From positions 110,000 through 173,999 of the forward strand of contig CANKVU010000004.1 in the NCBI GenBank assembly GCA_947487205.1: a stretch of 64,000 nt of DNA, read 5' to 3'. The notes under the pieces were generated by a model, which worked only from the letters and a program-made list of their open reading frames with translations, was not told the origin of the DNA and did no database searches. A program made the translations under genes and the position numbers. Origin of the DNA: an uncultured Rhodobacteraceae bacterium. Lineage in GTDB: Bacteria; Pseudomonadota; Alphaproteobacteria; Rhodobacterales; Rhodobacteraceae. Position 1 is the stretch's first letter; each line of letters opens with the position of its first letter. Positions 1 through 9,285 of this stretch are shown piece by piece.

Positions 1-520
1 CGATGCCGGTCGCCGGGCTCTCCTCTCCCGTCACCTCCACGAAGGCGGCGCGGACGGCGCGCTGCACCGCGCCCTCGGGATCGACATACGGCCCCCGCGC
101 CCCCGATTGCCGCGCCAGGTGGAGAAAGCCCGCATGCTTGCCCGAGCACTGGTTGTGGGCCTGGTCGGGCGCGCCGCCGGCGCGGATCATCCGGTGCTTC
201 TCGGCGCGGTCGCGGGGCGGCTCGGGCCCGCAGAGCAGCGCCCCGTCGTCGAGGCCCAGATCGGCCAGCCAGCGCGTCGCCTGGGCGACATGCCCGGGCG
301 CGCCCTCGTGGCTGGCGCAGGCGATCGCCAGCCGTTCGGGGGGCAGGTCCGCCCCCGATTCCGCCAGCGGCAGCGCCTGGATCATCTTGATCGCGGACCG
401 GGGATAGATCACCGTCGCCGGATCGCCCCAGACCGCCACCGGATCGCCGTCGGGGCCGCAGACCACGGCGTGCCCGGCATGGCTGGACTCCAGGAGAGGT
501 CCGCGCAACATTTCAACCAT
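1..520 (-). CDS. Asparaginase family protein (Rhizobium-type L-asparaginase II, PF06089-like). N-terminal part only; the gene runs off the left edge.
   Basis: Hand translation of the minus strand from the ATG at 518-520 gives MVEMLRGPLLESSHAGHAVV...YPRSAIKMIQALPL...IACASHEGAPGHV...HNQCSGKHAGFL. The RSAxK, ASHxG and NxCSGKHAG motifs fit this family. It is absent from the ORF track because no stop lies in the window. An alternative in-frame ATG is at 536-538. Confidence 0.7.
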   Translation of the reverse strand, partial: MVEMLRGPLLESSHAGHAVVCGPDGDPVAVWGDPATVIYPRSAIKMIQALPLAESGADLPPERLAIACASHEGAPGHVAQATRWLADLGLDDGALLCGPEPPRDRAEKHRMIRAGGAPDQAHNQCSGKHAGFLHLARQSGARGPYVDPEGAVQRAVRAAFVEVTGEESPATGI

Positions 521-712
521 GGATTGTGCTCTGGGCATGACGTCTCCCGCTCCTGTGAGCCCGATCGGGCGACCGGGGGCTTTCATGTCTCCCCCCGTTG
601 GACTTAAGGTCGCCGCGCTTGTAGGAGATTGGCGCCGGCGAACGGAAGCCCCCGCGAGAGGGACGCCCCGCGCGCCGGCAGAGGCAGACGACGGCTGGAG
701 GCAGCGGGACGG

Positions 713-1240
713 ATGAAAGCGTTGACGGGATGGATGACGGGCCTGGCACTGGCCCTGTCGGCGAATGCGGCGATCGCGCAGGACGAGAGCACCAACAGGG
801 TGGCCGTCGAGACGGCCTGGAGCGTCTTCGTCGAGGACGAGCCGCAGGAATGCTGGAGCGTGTCCTCGCCGACGAACACCGTGAACACGCAGGACGGCGA
901 GGAAGTGTCGGTGCAGCGCGGCCAGATCCTGCTGTTCGTGACGTTCCGCCCCGGCGCGGACGTGGACGGCGAGGTGTCGTTCACGGGCGGCTACCCCTTC
1001 GCCGACGGCTCCACCGTCGAGGTCGATGTCGGCGGCACCAGCTACGAGCTCTTCACCGAAGGGGAATGGGCCTGGCCGGGCTCGCCGGCCGACGATGCGC
1101 GGATCGTCGCGGCGATGCGCGGCGGGGCCGACGCGGTGCTGACCGCCCGCTCCTCGCGCGGGACGACCACCAGGGACACGTTCTCGCTCATGGGGTTCAC
1201 CGCCGCGCTGGAGGAGGCCCAGTCGCGCTGCAGCGGCTGA
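713..1240 (+). CDS. Secreted protein, invasion-associated locus B (IalB)-like
   Basis: This is the internal Met of ORF 629..1240. It has a signal peptide (MKALTGWMTGLALALSANAAIAQ) and a size of about 175 aa. W/C-containing beta-rich sequence and a C-terminal Cys fit IalB-family proteins. The family call rests on resemblance only. Confidence 0.5.
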   Translation: MKALTGWMTGLALALSANAAIAQDESTNRVAVETAWSVFVEDEPQECWSVSSPTNTVNTQDGEEVSVQRGQILLFVTFRPGADVDGEVSFTGGYPFADGSTVEVDVGGTSYELFTEGEWAWPGSPADDARIVAAMRGGADAVLTARSSRGTTTRDTFSLMGFTAALEEAQSRCSG

Positions 1241-1262
1241 CGCTCCCGACCCCCTCGAGGCC

Positions 1263-1300
1263 GCCCGGCCCCCGTCGCGGGGCGCGCCCGGGCTTTATTT
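1263..1300 (+). terminator. Intrinsic terminator downstream of the IalB-like gene
   Basis: A GC-rich hairpin (gcccgg...ccgggc with inner ccccg/cgggg) is followed by tttattt. Confidence 0.55.
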
Positions 1301-1348
1301 GCGCGCGGCTTTGCCTTATGTCCCGCCCATTCGGACGAGGATGAACCC

Positions 1349-2530
<1,182 letters not shown>

Positions 2531-2560
2531 GCGGCACCCGCGCCGGGACATCGCGTCGCG

Positions 2561-2586
2561 GGAACGCTCCCGCCCCGAACGCCGTT
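2561..2586 (+). promoter_or_regulatory. Sigma-EcfG (general stress response) type promoter, GGAAC-N17-CGTT
   Basis: GGAAC is at 2561-2565, followed by a 17-nt spacer and CGTT at 2583-2586. This lies about 34 nt upstream of the ATG at 2620. Confidence 0.55.
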
Positions 2587-2619
2587 CGCCCCCCGATCAA
2601 CTCCGCGGGAGAGAGCGCG

Positions 2620-2841
2620 ATGACCAAGCATTTCGACGACGGCGACAAGGTGGAATGGGATTGGGGCAACGGCACCGCCACCGGCATCGTGCGGCAGAAA
2701 TACACCCAGAAGCACACGTTGAAGATCAACGGCAGCGAGGTCACGCGGGACGCCGACGAGGACGATCCCGCCTACCGGCTGGAGCAGTCCGACGGGCAGA
2801 CGGTGCTCAAGAAGCATACCGAGATCCGCAAGGCCGGCTGA
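2620..2841 (+). CDS. DUF2945 (HVA-Tudor-like) small protein
   Basis: 73 aa, beginning MTKHFDDGDKVEWDWGNGTATGIV. It has the GDxVxWxWG...G motif and ...YxxE..dG... typical of DUF2945. Codon bias fits the genome. Confidence 0.6.
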   Translation: MTKHFDDGDKVEWDWGNGTATGIVRQKYTQKHTLKINGSEVTRDADEDDPAYRLEQSDGQTVLKKHTEIRKAG

Positions 2842-2845
2842 CCGC

Positions 2846-3502
2846 TCAATGCTCGGTCATGCGGGGGTCCATCATCCCCTCCTTCACGCCGAACCGGATC
2901 AGGGCGACGTTGACCGGATAGGCGGCGAAGAGGCCGAGCGTCAGCGAGGTGATGAGCGAGGACCAGAACAGCGGCTCGCCCATGGTCGCGTCGCCGGCCA
3001 GGTAGAGGTCGGCGCCGATGGCCACGACCTCCATGACGGTGATGGAGGGCGTCTCGGCGATGATCGCGTCCTTCATCGCCGTCCCGAACGGCACGCCCTC
3101 CTGCATCATCGGACCGACCGTCAGGATGATCCCGAAGATGTAGGCCAGCGAGAAGGTGATGATCGCCAGGGTGACGTTGCCCGCCGCGAGGAGCCCCACC
3201 GAGATGGTGACGCCCAGGATCTCGCCCAGGCCGCAGCCCGAGTAGCAATGCGCGACCGAGCGGAAGCCCCGCCGCCACATGCTGTCGGTCGAGATCTCCT
3301 TGCGGCCGGTGGTCCAGTAGACGAGGAGGCCCAGCGGTCCCGAATAGACCACCGTCAGCGCCCAGACGACCTTCATCAGCGACATCAGGTGGGAATTGTT
3401 CACGTTGAGGTCGCGGACGACGATTACCAGGCTGATCACCATCGTGACGGCCCAGACGATCAGGAACCAGGGCGATGACAGGATCGAGATCACGATGTCC
3501 AA
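2846..3502 (-). CDS. DUF4396 family integral membrane protein
   Basis: 218 aa with multiple TM segments. The Cys/His block (HCYSGCGLGEI) is characteristic of DUF4396. The apparent start is TTG at 3500-3502, with AAGAGG 7 nt upstream. Confidence 0.6.
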   Translation of the reverse strand: MDIVISILSSPWFLIVWAVTMVISLVIVVRDLNVNNSHLMSLMKVVWALTVVYSGPLGLLVYWTTGRKEISTDSMWRRGFRSVAHCYSGCGLGEILGVTISVGLLAAGNVTLAIITFSLAYIFGIILTVGPMMQEGVPFGTAMKDAIIAETPSITVMEVVAIGADLYLAGDATMGEPLFWSSLITSLTLGLFAAYPVNVALIRFGVKEGMMDPRMTEH

Positions 3503-3540
3503 GAGGCGGCCTCTTCGTTCGGGTACGATTGGGCAGGCGG

Positions 3541-3566
3541 AACGGGAGCGGCGGGGCCGCGGTTCC
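3541..3566 (-). promoter_or_regulatory. Sigma-EcfG type promoter, GGAAC-N17-CGTT (minus strand)
   Basis: On the minus strand, GGAAC is the reverse complement of 3562-3566. A 17-nt spacer follows, then CGTT as the reverse complement of 3541-3544. This lies about 38 nt upstream of the DUF4396 start. Confidence 0.5.
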
Positions 3567-3575
3567 GCTCGCCCT

Positions 3576-4415
3576 CTAGCGGCCCGGAACCGTCTGGCGG
3601 GCCTCTCCGGCCCCCGGCCAGGTCTCGATCGCCTCCACCGCCTCCTCGGCGGTCTCGACGAAGGCGAAGAGGTCCAGATCCTCGGGCGCGATCGTGCCGG
3701 CCTCGGCCAGGGCGTGGAAATCGATGATCGAATCCCAGAACGACTTGCCGAAGAGCAGGACCGGGATCCGCTCCATGCGGCCGGTCTGGATCAGGGTCAG
3801 CGATTCGAACAGCTCGTCGAGGGTGCCGAACCCGCCCGGAAAGACGCAGATCGCCCGCGCCCGCATCAGGAAATGCATCTTGCGGATCGCGAAGTAGTGG
3901 AAGTTGAAGCACAGGCCCGGCGTCACGTATTCGTTCGGCGCCTGTTCGTGCGGCAGCACGATGTTGAGCCCGATGGACTGGCCGCCCGCGTCGGCGGCGC
4001 CGCGATTGCCCGCCTCCATCACGCCGGGGCCGCCGCCGGTGACGATGACGTTGTCGCGCCCGTAGGATTGCATCGAGCGTTCGGTCATCAGCCGGGCGAA
4101 GCGCCGCGCCTGGTCGTAATATTGCGACAATCCCGCCAGCGCCTCCGTGCGCGCGCCGTCGGGGCGTTCGGGAATCCGGGCGCCGCCGAAGAGGACGATG
4201 GTGGAGTGGATGTTCATCTCCTCCATGATCATCTCGGTCTTGAGCAGTTCGAGCTGCAGCCGGACGGGGCGCATCTCGGCCCGGCTGAGGAAATCCTCGT
4301 CGGCGAAGGCGAGCCGGTAGGACGGCGCCCGGGTCTGGGGGGTGTCCGGGATCTGCTCGGCCGTCTCGCGGTCCGTCGGCGCGTCGCGGAACGGCGAGGC
4401 GTGGCGATCTGTCAT
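3576..4415 (-). CDS. LOG family (TIGR00730) Rossmann-fold nucleotide-binding protein
   Basis: 279 aa with the PGGFGTLDELFE motif and GGGPGVMEA, which are hallmarks of LOG/lysine-decarboxylase-like proteins. Confidence 0.8.
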   Translation of the reverse strand: MTDRHASPFRDAPTDRETAEQIPDTPQTRAPSYRLAFADEDFLSRAEMRPVRLQLELLKTEMIMEEMNIHSTIVLFGGARIPERPDGARTEALAGLSQYYDQARRFARLMTERSMQSYGRDNVIVTGGGPGVMEAGNRGAADAGGQSIGLNIVLPHEQAPNEYVTPGLCFNFHYFAIRKMHFLMRARAICVFPGGFGTLDELFESLTLIQTGRMERIPVLLFGKSFWDSIIDFHALAEAGTIAPEDLDLFAFVETAEEAVEAIETWPGAGEARQTVPGR

Positions 4416-4521
4416 GGAATCCTCCGTGGGTCGCGCGGAGCCTAGACACCGCCGATGACGAGCGAAAGCGGGGGGCCCGAGGTCCCGCGACGGGCGAGGC
4501 GCGGGACCGCGGGCGGGGCGG

Positions 4522-5346
<825 letters not shown>

Positions 5347-5513
5347 GATGTCTCCCTTGTGCGCGGCCCGGTCTACGCGCGGCGGCGGGGCGGGGCAAGT
5401 TTCCGCGATGCAGCGAGAAAGTCCTTGCCCGCCGCAGAATCCATTTCCAATACTGGATAAAGTGTGCCAGAACCCCAGATGGGGATATGGAATACTTGGG
5501 AAATTTGGATATT

Positions 5514-6104
5514 ATGGTTACGAAGTTTAACGCTCTTGTACTCGCCGCCGCGCTGTCGGCCATCGCGGGATCTGCCTCCGCGCTGACGATCACGTCCGCC
5601 GAAGGCGATTGCGCCTCCGACGCCTCGCTGAGCGGCTGCAGCGCGAGCGCCGCGCGTCGTGATCTGGGCAATGTCGAACTGGCGAGCGCGGGCAACGGCT
5701 CGTTCTACTCGCTGGGCGTCGGCCAGTCCGCGTCGTTCTATTTCGACCGCCAGGTGACCGGTTCGCTCAGCGTGTCCGAGGTGACCTTCGGCCGCGCCGG
5801 GTATTACGAGGAAACCGCGCTCGTCTATGGCGGCGTCGTGACCGATGGCGGCTACGACTTCTCGGCGCTGCTCGGCTCGCTATCGAACAAGTCTGACGAC
5901 GGCTTCGCCTCGCTGGCCTTCTCGGGCCGCTACGACGCGCTGCGCTTCGTCGACACGACCGAGGTTCCGGCCGGTATGCCCGCCAATGCCGACGGCTTCG
6001 ACATCGATTCGATCGAGGTCGCGGCGGTGCCGCTGCCGGCTTCGGCGCTGATGCTGATCGCCGGCCTCGGCGGTCTCGGAATGGTGCGCCGCCGCAAGGC
6101 GTGA
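5514..6104 (+). CDS. Secreted protein with a VPLPA-CTERM sorting tail
   Basis: The signal peptide is MVTKFNALVLAAALSAIAGSASA. The C-terminus is VPLPASALMLIAGLGGLGMVRRRKA, that is, motif, TM helix and basic tail. The start is taken at the internal Met of ORF 5487..6104. Confidence 0.7.
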   Translation: MVTKFNALVLAAALSAIAGSASALTITSAEGDCASDASLSGCSASAARRDLGNVELASAGNGSFYSLGVGQSASFYFDRQVTGSLSVSEVTFGRAGYYEETALVYGGVVTDGGYDFSALLGSLSNKSDDGFASLAFSGRYDALRFVDTTEVPAGMPANADGFDIDSIEVAAVPLPASALMLIAGLGGLGMVRRRKA

Positions 6105-6156
6105 TCCCTTCGCCGGGGCCCGCTTGGGTGCTTGCCCCGGAGAGTGGAATTTCGAA

Positions 6157-6191
6157 GGCCCTGCCGCATCGCCGGCAGGGCCTTTTCGATT
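6157..6191 (+). terminator. Rho-independent terminator after the VPLPA-CTERM gene
   Basis: A perfect 10-bp stem (ggccctgccg / cggcagggcc) has a 6-nt loop and is followed by ttttcgatt. Confidence 0.7.
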
Positions 6192-6880
6192 CGTGACCTG
6201 CCTCTCGGCCCCGGCCGCGGGGGCGGTGGGCCCGATCGCGGCGGGCGGCCCGTCCCCATTCGACCGCCCGCGATGATTCGCGGGCGTGAAGGTGCCGCGG
6301 ACCGGCCTGATCGTCCGACCGCGTCGATCCCCCGGCGCTCACCGCCGGACCCGTCCCGTGCGCCCCTCCGAGCGGCGCGCCGGCAGCCGGGACCGGAGAG
6401 CAGGAGAACGGCGTCCGCCGCCGTGGCCGTCGCGGCAACCACCGGGGCGGAACGCGCCGCGATGCTCCGCGACGCGACCTTCGCCGTCGCGGCCGCCTCC
6501 CCGCGGCTGACCGACAGGTTCGCCGTCGCGGGGCCCGATCGCCCGCAGCGGACAAGGGGCGCCCCGGCGCGACGGGTGGGGGCGTCGATCCGGACGGATC
6601 GGTCGGCGGGGCGCCGCGCGGCGACCGGCGGCGATAAGGGGACCCTCGGCGGCGCGGGCGGAGTGGAGCGGGGCATGGATCCGGCCCCCGCCGACATCGG
6701 CATCGCCGCCCCGAATCGGATGGCGGCGCCCCGATCCTCCTCCAGACCGCAGGCGCCGGCGATGCGGGCCTCGCCCTCGACCGCGGCGGGGCCGACCCGG
6801 CACCGGCCCCGGCGGACCGCCCCGGGCGGCCTGGCGGGGGCGCTGACATCGGGCCGCTCGCATTGATCCCACGGCGGGTT

Positions 6881-6905
6881 GGAACCGTGGCGGGGCAGAG
6901 CCGTT
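6881..6905 (+). promoter_or_regulatory. Sigma-EcfG type promoter, GGAAC-N16-CGTT
   Basis: GGAAC is at 6881-6885, followed by a 16-nt spacer and CGTT at 6902-6905. This lies about 35 nt upstream of the ATG at 6940. Confidence 0.6.
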
Positions 6906-6939
6906 ACCGGTGCGACTGTATGCTTCCACGGAGAAAGAC

Positions 6940-7194
6940 ATGACCGGAATCGGCATCATCGGATCGATCATCATCGGCGCGCTCGCCGGGTGGATCGCCG
7001 AGAAGATCATGAACGCCAATCATGGCCTGATCACCAACATCATCCTCGGCATCCTCGGCGCGGTGGTGCTGAACTTCCTGCTGACCGCGATCACCGGGTC
7101 CACGCTCGGCGGCGTGATCGGCCAGCTGATCATCGCGATCATCGGTGCCTGTATCCTGATCTTCGCCTGGAGGGCCGTGAAGGGCCGCGCCTGA
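6940..7194 (+). CDS. GlsB/YeaQ/YmgE family stress-response membrane protein (transglycosylase-associated)
   Basis: 84 aa, beginning MTGIGIIGSIIIGALAGWIAEKI, with Gly-rich TM helices. This is the internal Met of ORF 6910..7194. Confidence 0.8.
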   Translation: MTGIGIIGSIIIGALAGWIAEKIMNANHGLITNIILGILGAVVLNFLLTAITGSTLGGVIGQLIIAIIGACILIFAWRAVKGRA

Positions 7195-7218
7195 CACCGG
7201 CGCGCCGTTCTCAGGCCG

Positions 7219-7252
7219 GAACGGGCCGCCCCGGCGACGGGGCGGCCCGTTC
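7219..7252 (+). terminator. Strong GC hairpin downstream of the yeaQ-like gene
   Basis: A perfect 14-bp stem (gaacgggccgcccc / ggggcggcccgttc) has a 6-nt loop. The T-tract is weak (tcgt). Confidence 0.5.
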
Positions 7253-7343
7253 TCGTCCCGGCCCCCTTGCACGCCGCGCATCGCTGTCGCACTGCCCGGG
7301 TGCCCGGGCCGCGATCGACACGGGCCCCATCGACGGAGCCGCC

Positions 7344-7661
7344 ATGACCAGACAGCAACAGGTCTTTACCCTCCTGGTGGAAGTCGGCCGCGCCGCGGGC
7401 GACGGCCTGCCGCCCACCGCGACGGGGGCCGGCCTTCTGTGCTATGCCACCGGGGTGGACGAGGCCGAGGCGGTGCGCGAGACGGTGGCGGTCCTGAAAC
7501 AGGCCGACATGGCGCCGCTCGACGTGACCGGCTACGGCACGCTCGACGAGCGCCTGGCCGCGGGACAGGAGATCGACGAGGAGGAACGCGCCCTGATGGG
7601 CCGGGCGCTGGACGAGAACGCGGTGATCGTGGCACAGGCGACGCCGTTCTACCCCGAATGA
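7344..7661 (+). CDS. Hypothetical acidic protein (105 aa)
   Basis: This is the in-frame ATG inside ORF 6879..7661. From here the codons show strong G/C-ending bias and a normal amino-acid composition (MTRQQQVFTLLVEVGRAAGDG...). I recognised no family. Confidence 0.45.
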   Translation: MTRQQQVFTLLVEVGRAAGDGLPPTATGAGLLCYATGVDEAEAVRETVAVLKQADMAPLDVTGYGTLDERLAAGQEIDEEERALMGRALDENAVIVAQATPFYPE

Positions 7662-7711
7662 GGCCCGCATCGCCCCGCGCCACGGGCGCGCACGGCGCCC
7701 GAGGAGCCACG

Positions 7712-8842
7712 ATGCCGGTCGATCCCGTCGAACTGACCCAGGACCTGATCCGCCTGCCCTCAATCACCCCCGACGCGGGCGCGCCCATCGCGCACCTGGC
7801 GGCGCTTTTGTCGGCGCACGGCTTCGCCTGCACGCGGGTCGACCGCAACGGCATCGCGAACCTCTATGCCCGGCACGGCACGGCGGGGCCCGTCCTGGGC
7901 TTCAACGGCCATGTCGACGTGGTCCCCGAAGGCGACCCGGCGGCCTGGTCGCACGACCCCTGGGGGGGCACGATCCATGACGGCGCGCTCTATGGCCGGG
8001 GGGCCTGCGACATGAAGGCCGCCGTCGCCGCCTTCGCCGCCGCCGCGATCGGGGCCGCACGCGACTGCCCCGGATCGCTGGTCCTGACCGTCACCGGCGA
8101 CGAGGAGGGGCCGGGCGTGGACGGCACGGCCGCCATCCTCGACTGGATGGCGCAATCCGGCGAGCGGATGGATGCCTGCATCGGCGGCGAGCCGACCTGC
8201 CCCGAGCGGATGGGCGAGATGATCAAGATCGGCCGGCGCGGCTCCATGACCGCCTGGGTCACGGCCACCGGCGTCCAGGGCCATTCGGCCTATCCGCAGA
8301 ACGCCCGAAACCCGGTCCACGGCATGATCGCCTACCTGTCGCGGCTGACCGGGACGGTGCTCGACGCCGGGACCGACCATTTCGACGCGACCACGCTGCA
8401 GGTGACCGGAATCGACACCGGCAACCGGGCCAACAACGTCATCCCCGCGACCTGCCGGGCGATGGTCAACATCCGCTTCAACGACGCCCATACCGGCGCC
8501 GCCCTGTCGGAGTGGCTGCGGGCCGAGGCCGAGGCCGCCGGGGGCGCGCATGGCGTGGCCTTCGACCTCGACATCCGCATCTCGGGCGAAAGCTTCGTCA
8601 CCCCGCCGGGGCCGCTGACCGACATCGTCGAGCGCGCCGTCGCCGCCGAGACGGGGCGCCGGCCGGTCCTGTCGACCTCGGGCGGGACGTCGGACGCGCG
8701 CTTTCTCAAGGACCATTGCCCGGTGGTGGAGGTGGGGCTGGTGAACGCCACCATGCACCAGGTGGACGAGCGGGTGGAGGTGGCGCATATCCGGCAGCTG
8801 GCCGCCATCTACGGCCGCATCATCGGGGATTTCTTCGCATGA
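7712..8842 (+). CDS. dapE: Succinyl-diaminopimelate desuccinylase
   Basis: 376 aa from the internal ATG of ORF 7439..8842. M20 peptidase motifs are present (GHVDVVP, GRGACDMK, GDEEG, GGTSDARF). The N-terminus MPVDPVELTQDLIRLPSITP is typical of DapE. Confidence 0.9.
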   Translation: MPVDPVELTQDLIRLPSITPDAGAPIAHLAALLSAHGFACTRVDRNGIANLYARHGTAGPVLGFNGHVDVVPEGDPAAWSHDPWGGTIHDGALYGRGACDMKAAVAAFAAAAIGAARDCPGSLVLTVTGDEEGPGVDGTAAILDWMAQSGERMDACIGGEPTCPERMGEMIKIGRRGSMTAWVTATGVQGHSAYPQNARNPVHGMIAYLSRLTGTVLDAGTDHFDATTLQVTGIDTGNRANNVIPATCRAMVNIRFNDAHTGAALSEWLRAEAEAAGGAHGVAFDLDIRISGESFVTPPGPLTDIVERAVAAETGRRPVLSTSGGTSDARFLKDHCPVVEVGLVNATMHQVDERVEVAHIRQLAAIYGRIIGDFFA

Positions 8843-9273
8843 GCCTGATCGTCGCCCGCACCGAGGATGTCGCGGCCTGCCACGACCTGCGCCGCACCGT
8901 CTTCGTCGACGAGCAGGGCGTCTCGGAGGCGGAGGAGATCGACGGGCGCGACGCGGAGGCCGTCCACCTGCTGGCGCGCCTCGAGGGCCTGGCGGTGGGC
9001 ACCGCGCGGATCCTGCTCGCCCCGCCGACGGGCAAGATCGGCCGGGTCTGCGTGCTGCCCGCCCATCGTGGCACCGGGGTCGGCGTGGCGCTGGTGGAGG
9101 CGGCGGTCGGCGGCCTGCGGGAAGAGCCGGGGATCGCGACCGCGAGCCTGGGTGCCCAGGTCCATGCGCTCGGCTTCTATCGGAACCGGGGATTCGTGGC
9201 CCAGGGGCCGATCTTCGACGATGCGGGGATTGCCCACCGGCAGATGGTCCTGTCGCTCGGGCCCCTGGACTGA
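8839..9273 (+). CDS. GNAT family N-acetyltransferase
   Basis: 144 aa. It overlaps the dapE stop in an ATGA junction. The acetyl-CoA binding block is RVCVLPAHRGTGVGVALVEAA, with FYRNRGF near the C-terminus. Confidence 0.8.
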   Translation: MSLIVARTEDVAACHDLRRTVFVDEQGVSEAEEIDGRDAEAVHLLARLEGLAVGTARILLAPPTGKIGRVCVLPAHRGTGVGVALVEAAVGGLREEPGIATASLGAQVHALGFYRNRGFVAQGPIFDDAGIAHRQMVLSLGPLD

Positions 9274-9285
9274 TAGGCGGAACGC

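Noticed and set aside
3396-4449. ORFs 3396..4445 (+) and 3490..4449 (-), off-frame over the LOG gene.
   Set aside because: The LOG-family frame (3576..4415, minus) carries the diagnostic PGGFGTLDELFE motif. The alternative frames are low-complexity.
5767-7019. Minus-strand ORFs 5767..6849, 5930..6703 and 6339..7019 in the gene-poor interval.
   Set aside because: They are extremely Arg/Pro/Gly/Ala-rich. They overlap the VPLPA-CTERM gene or the yeaQ promoter, and their third-position bias is weaker than that of the plus frame. None looks like a real protein.
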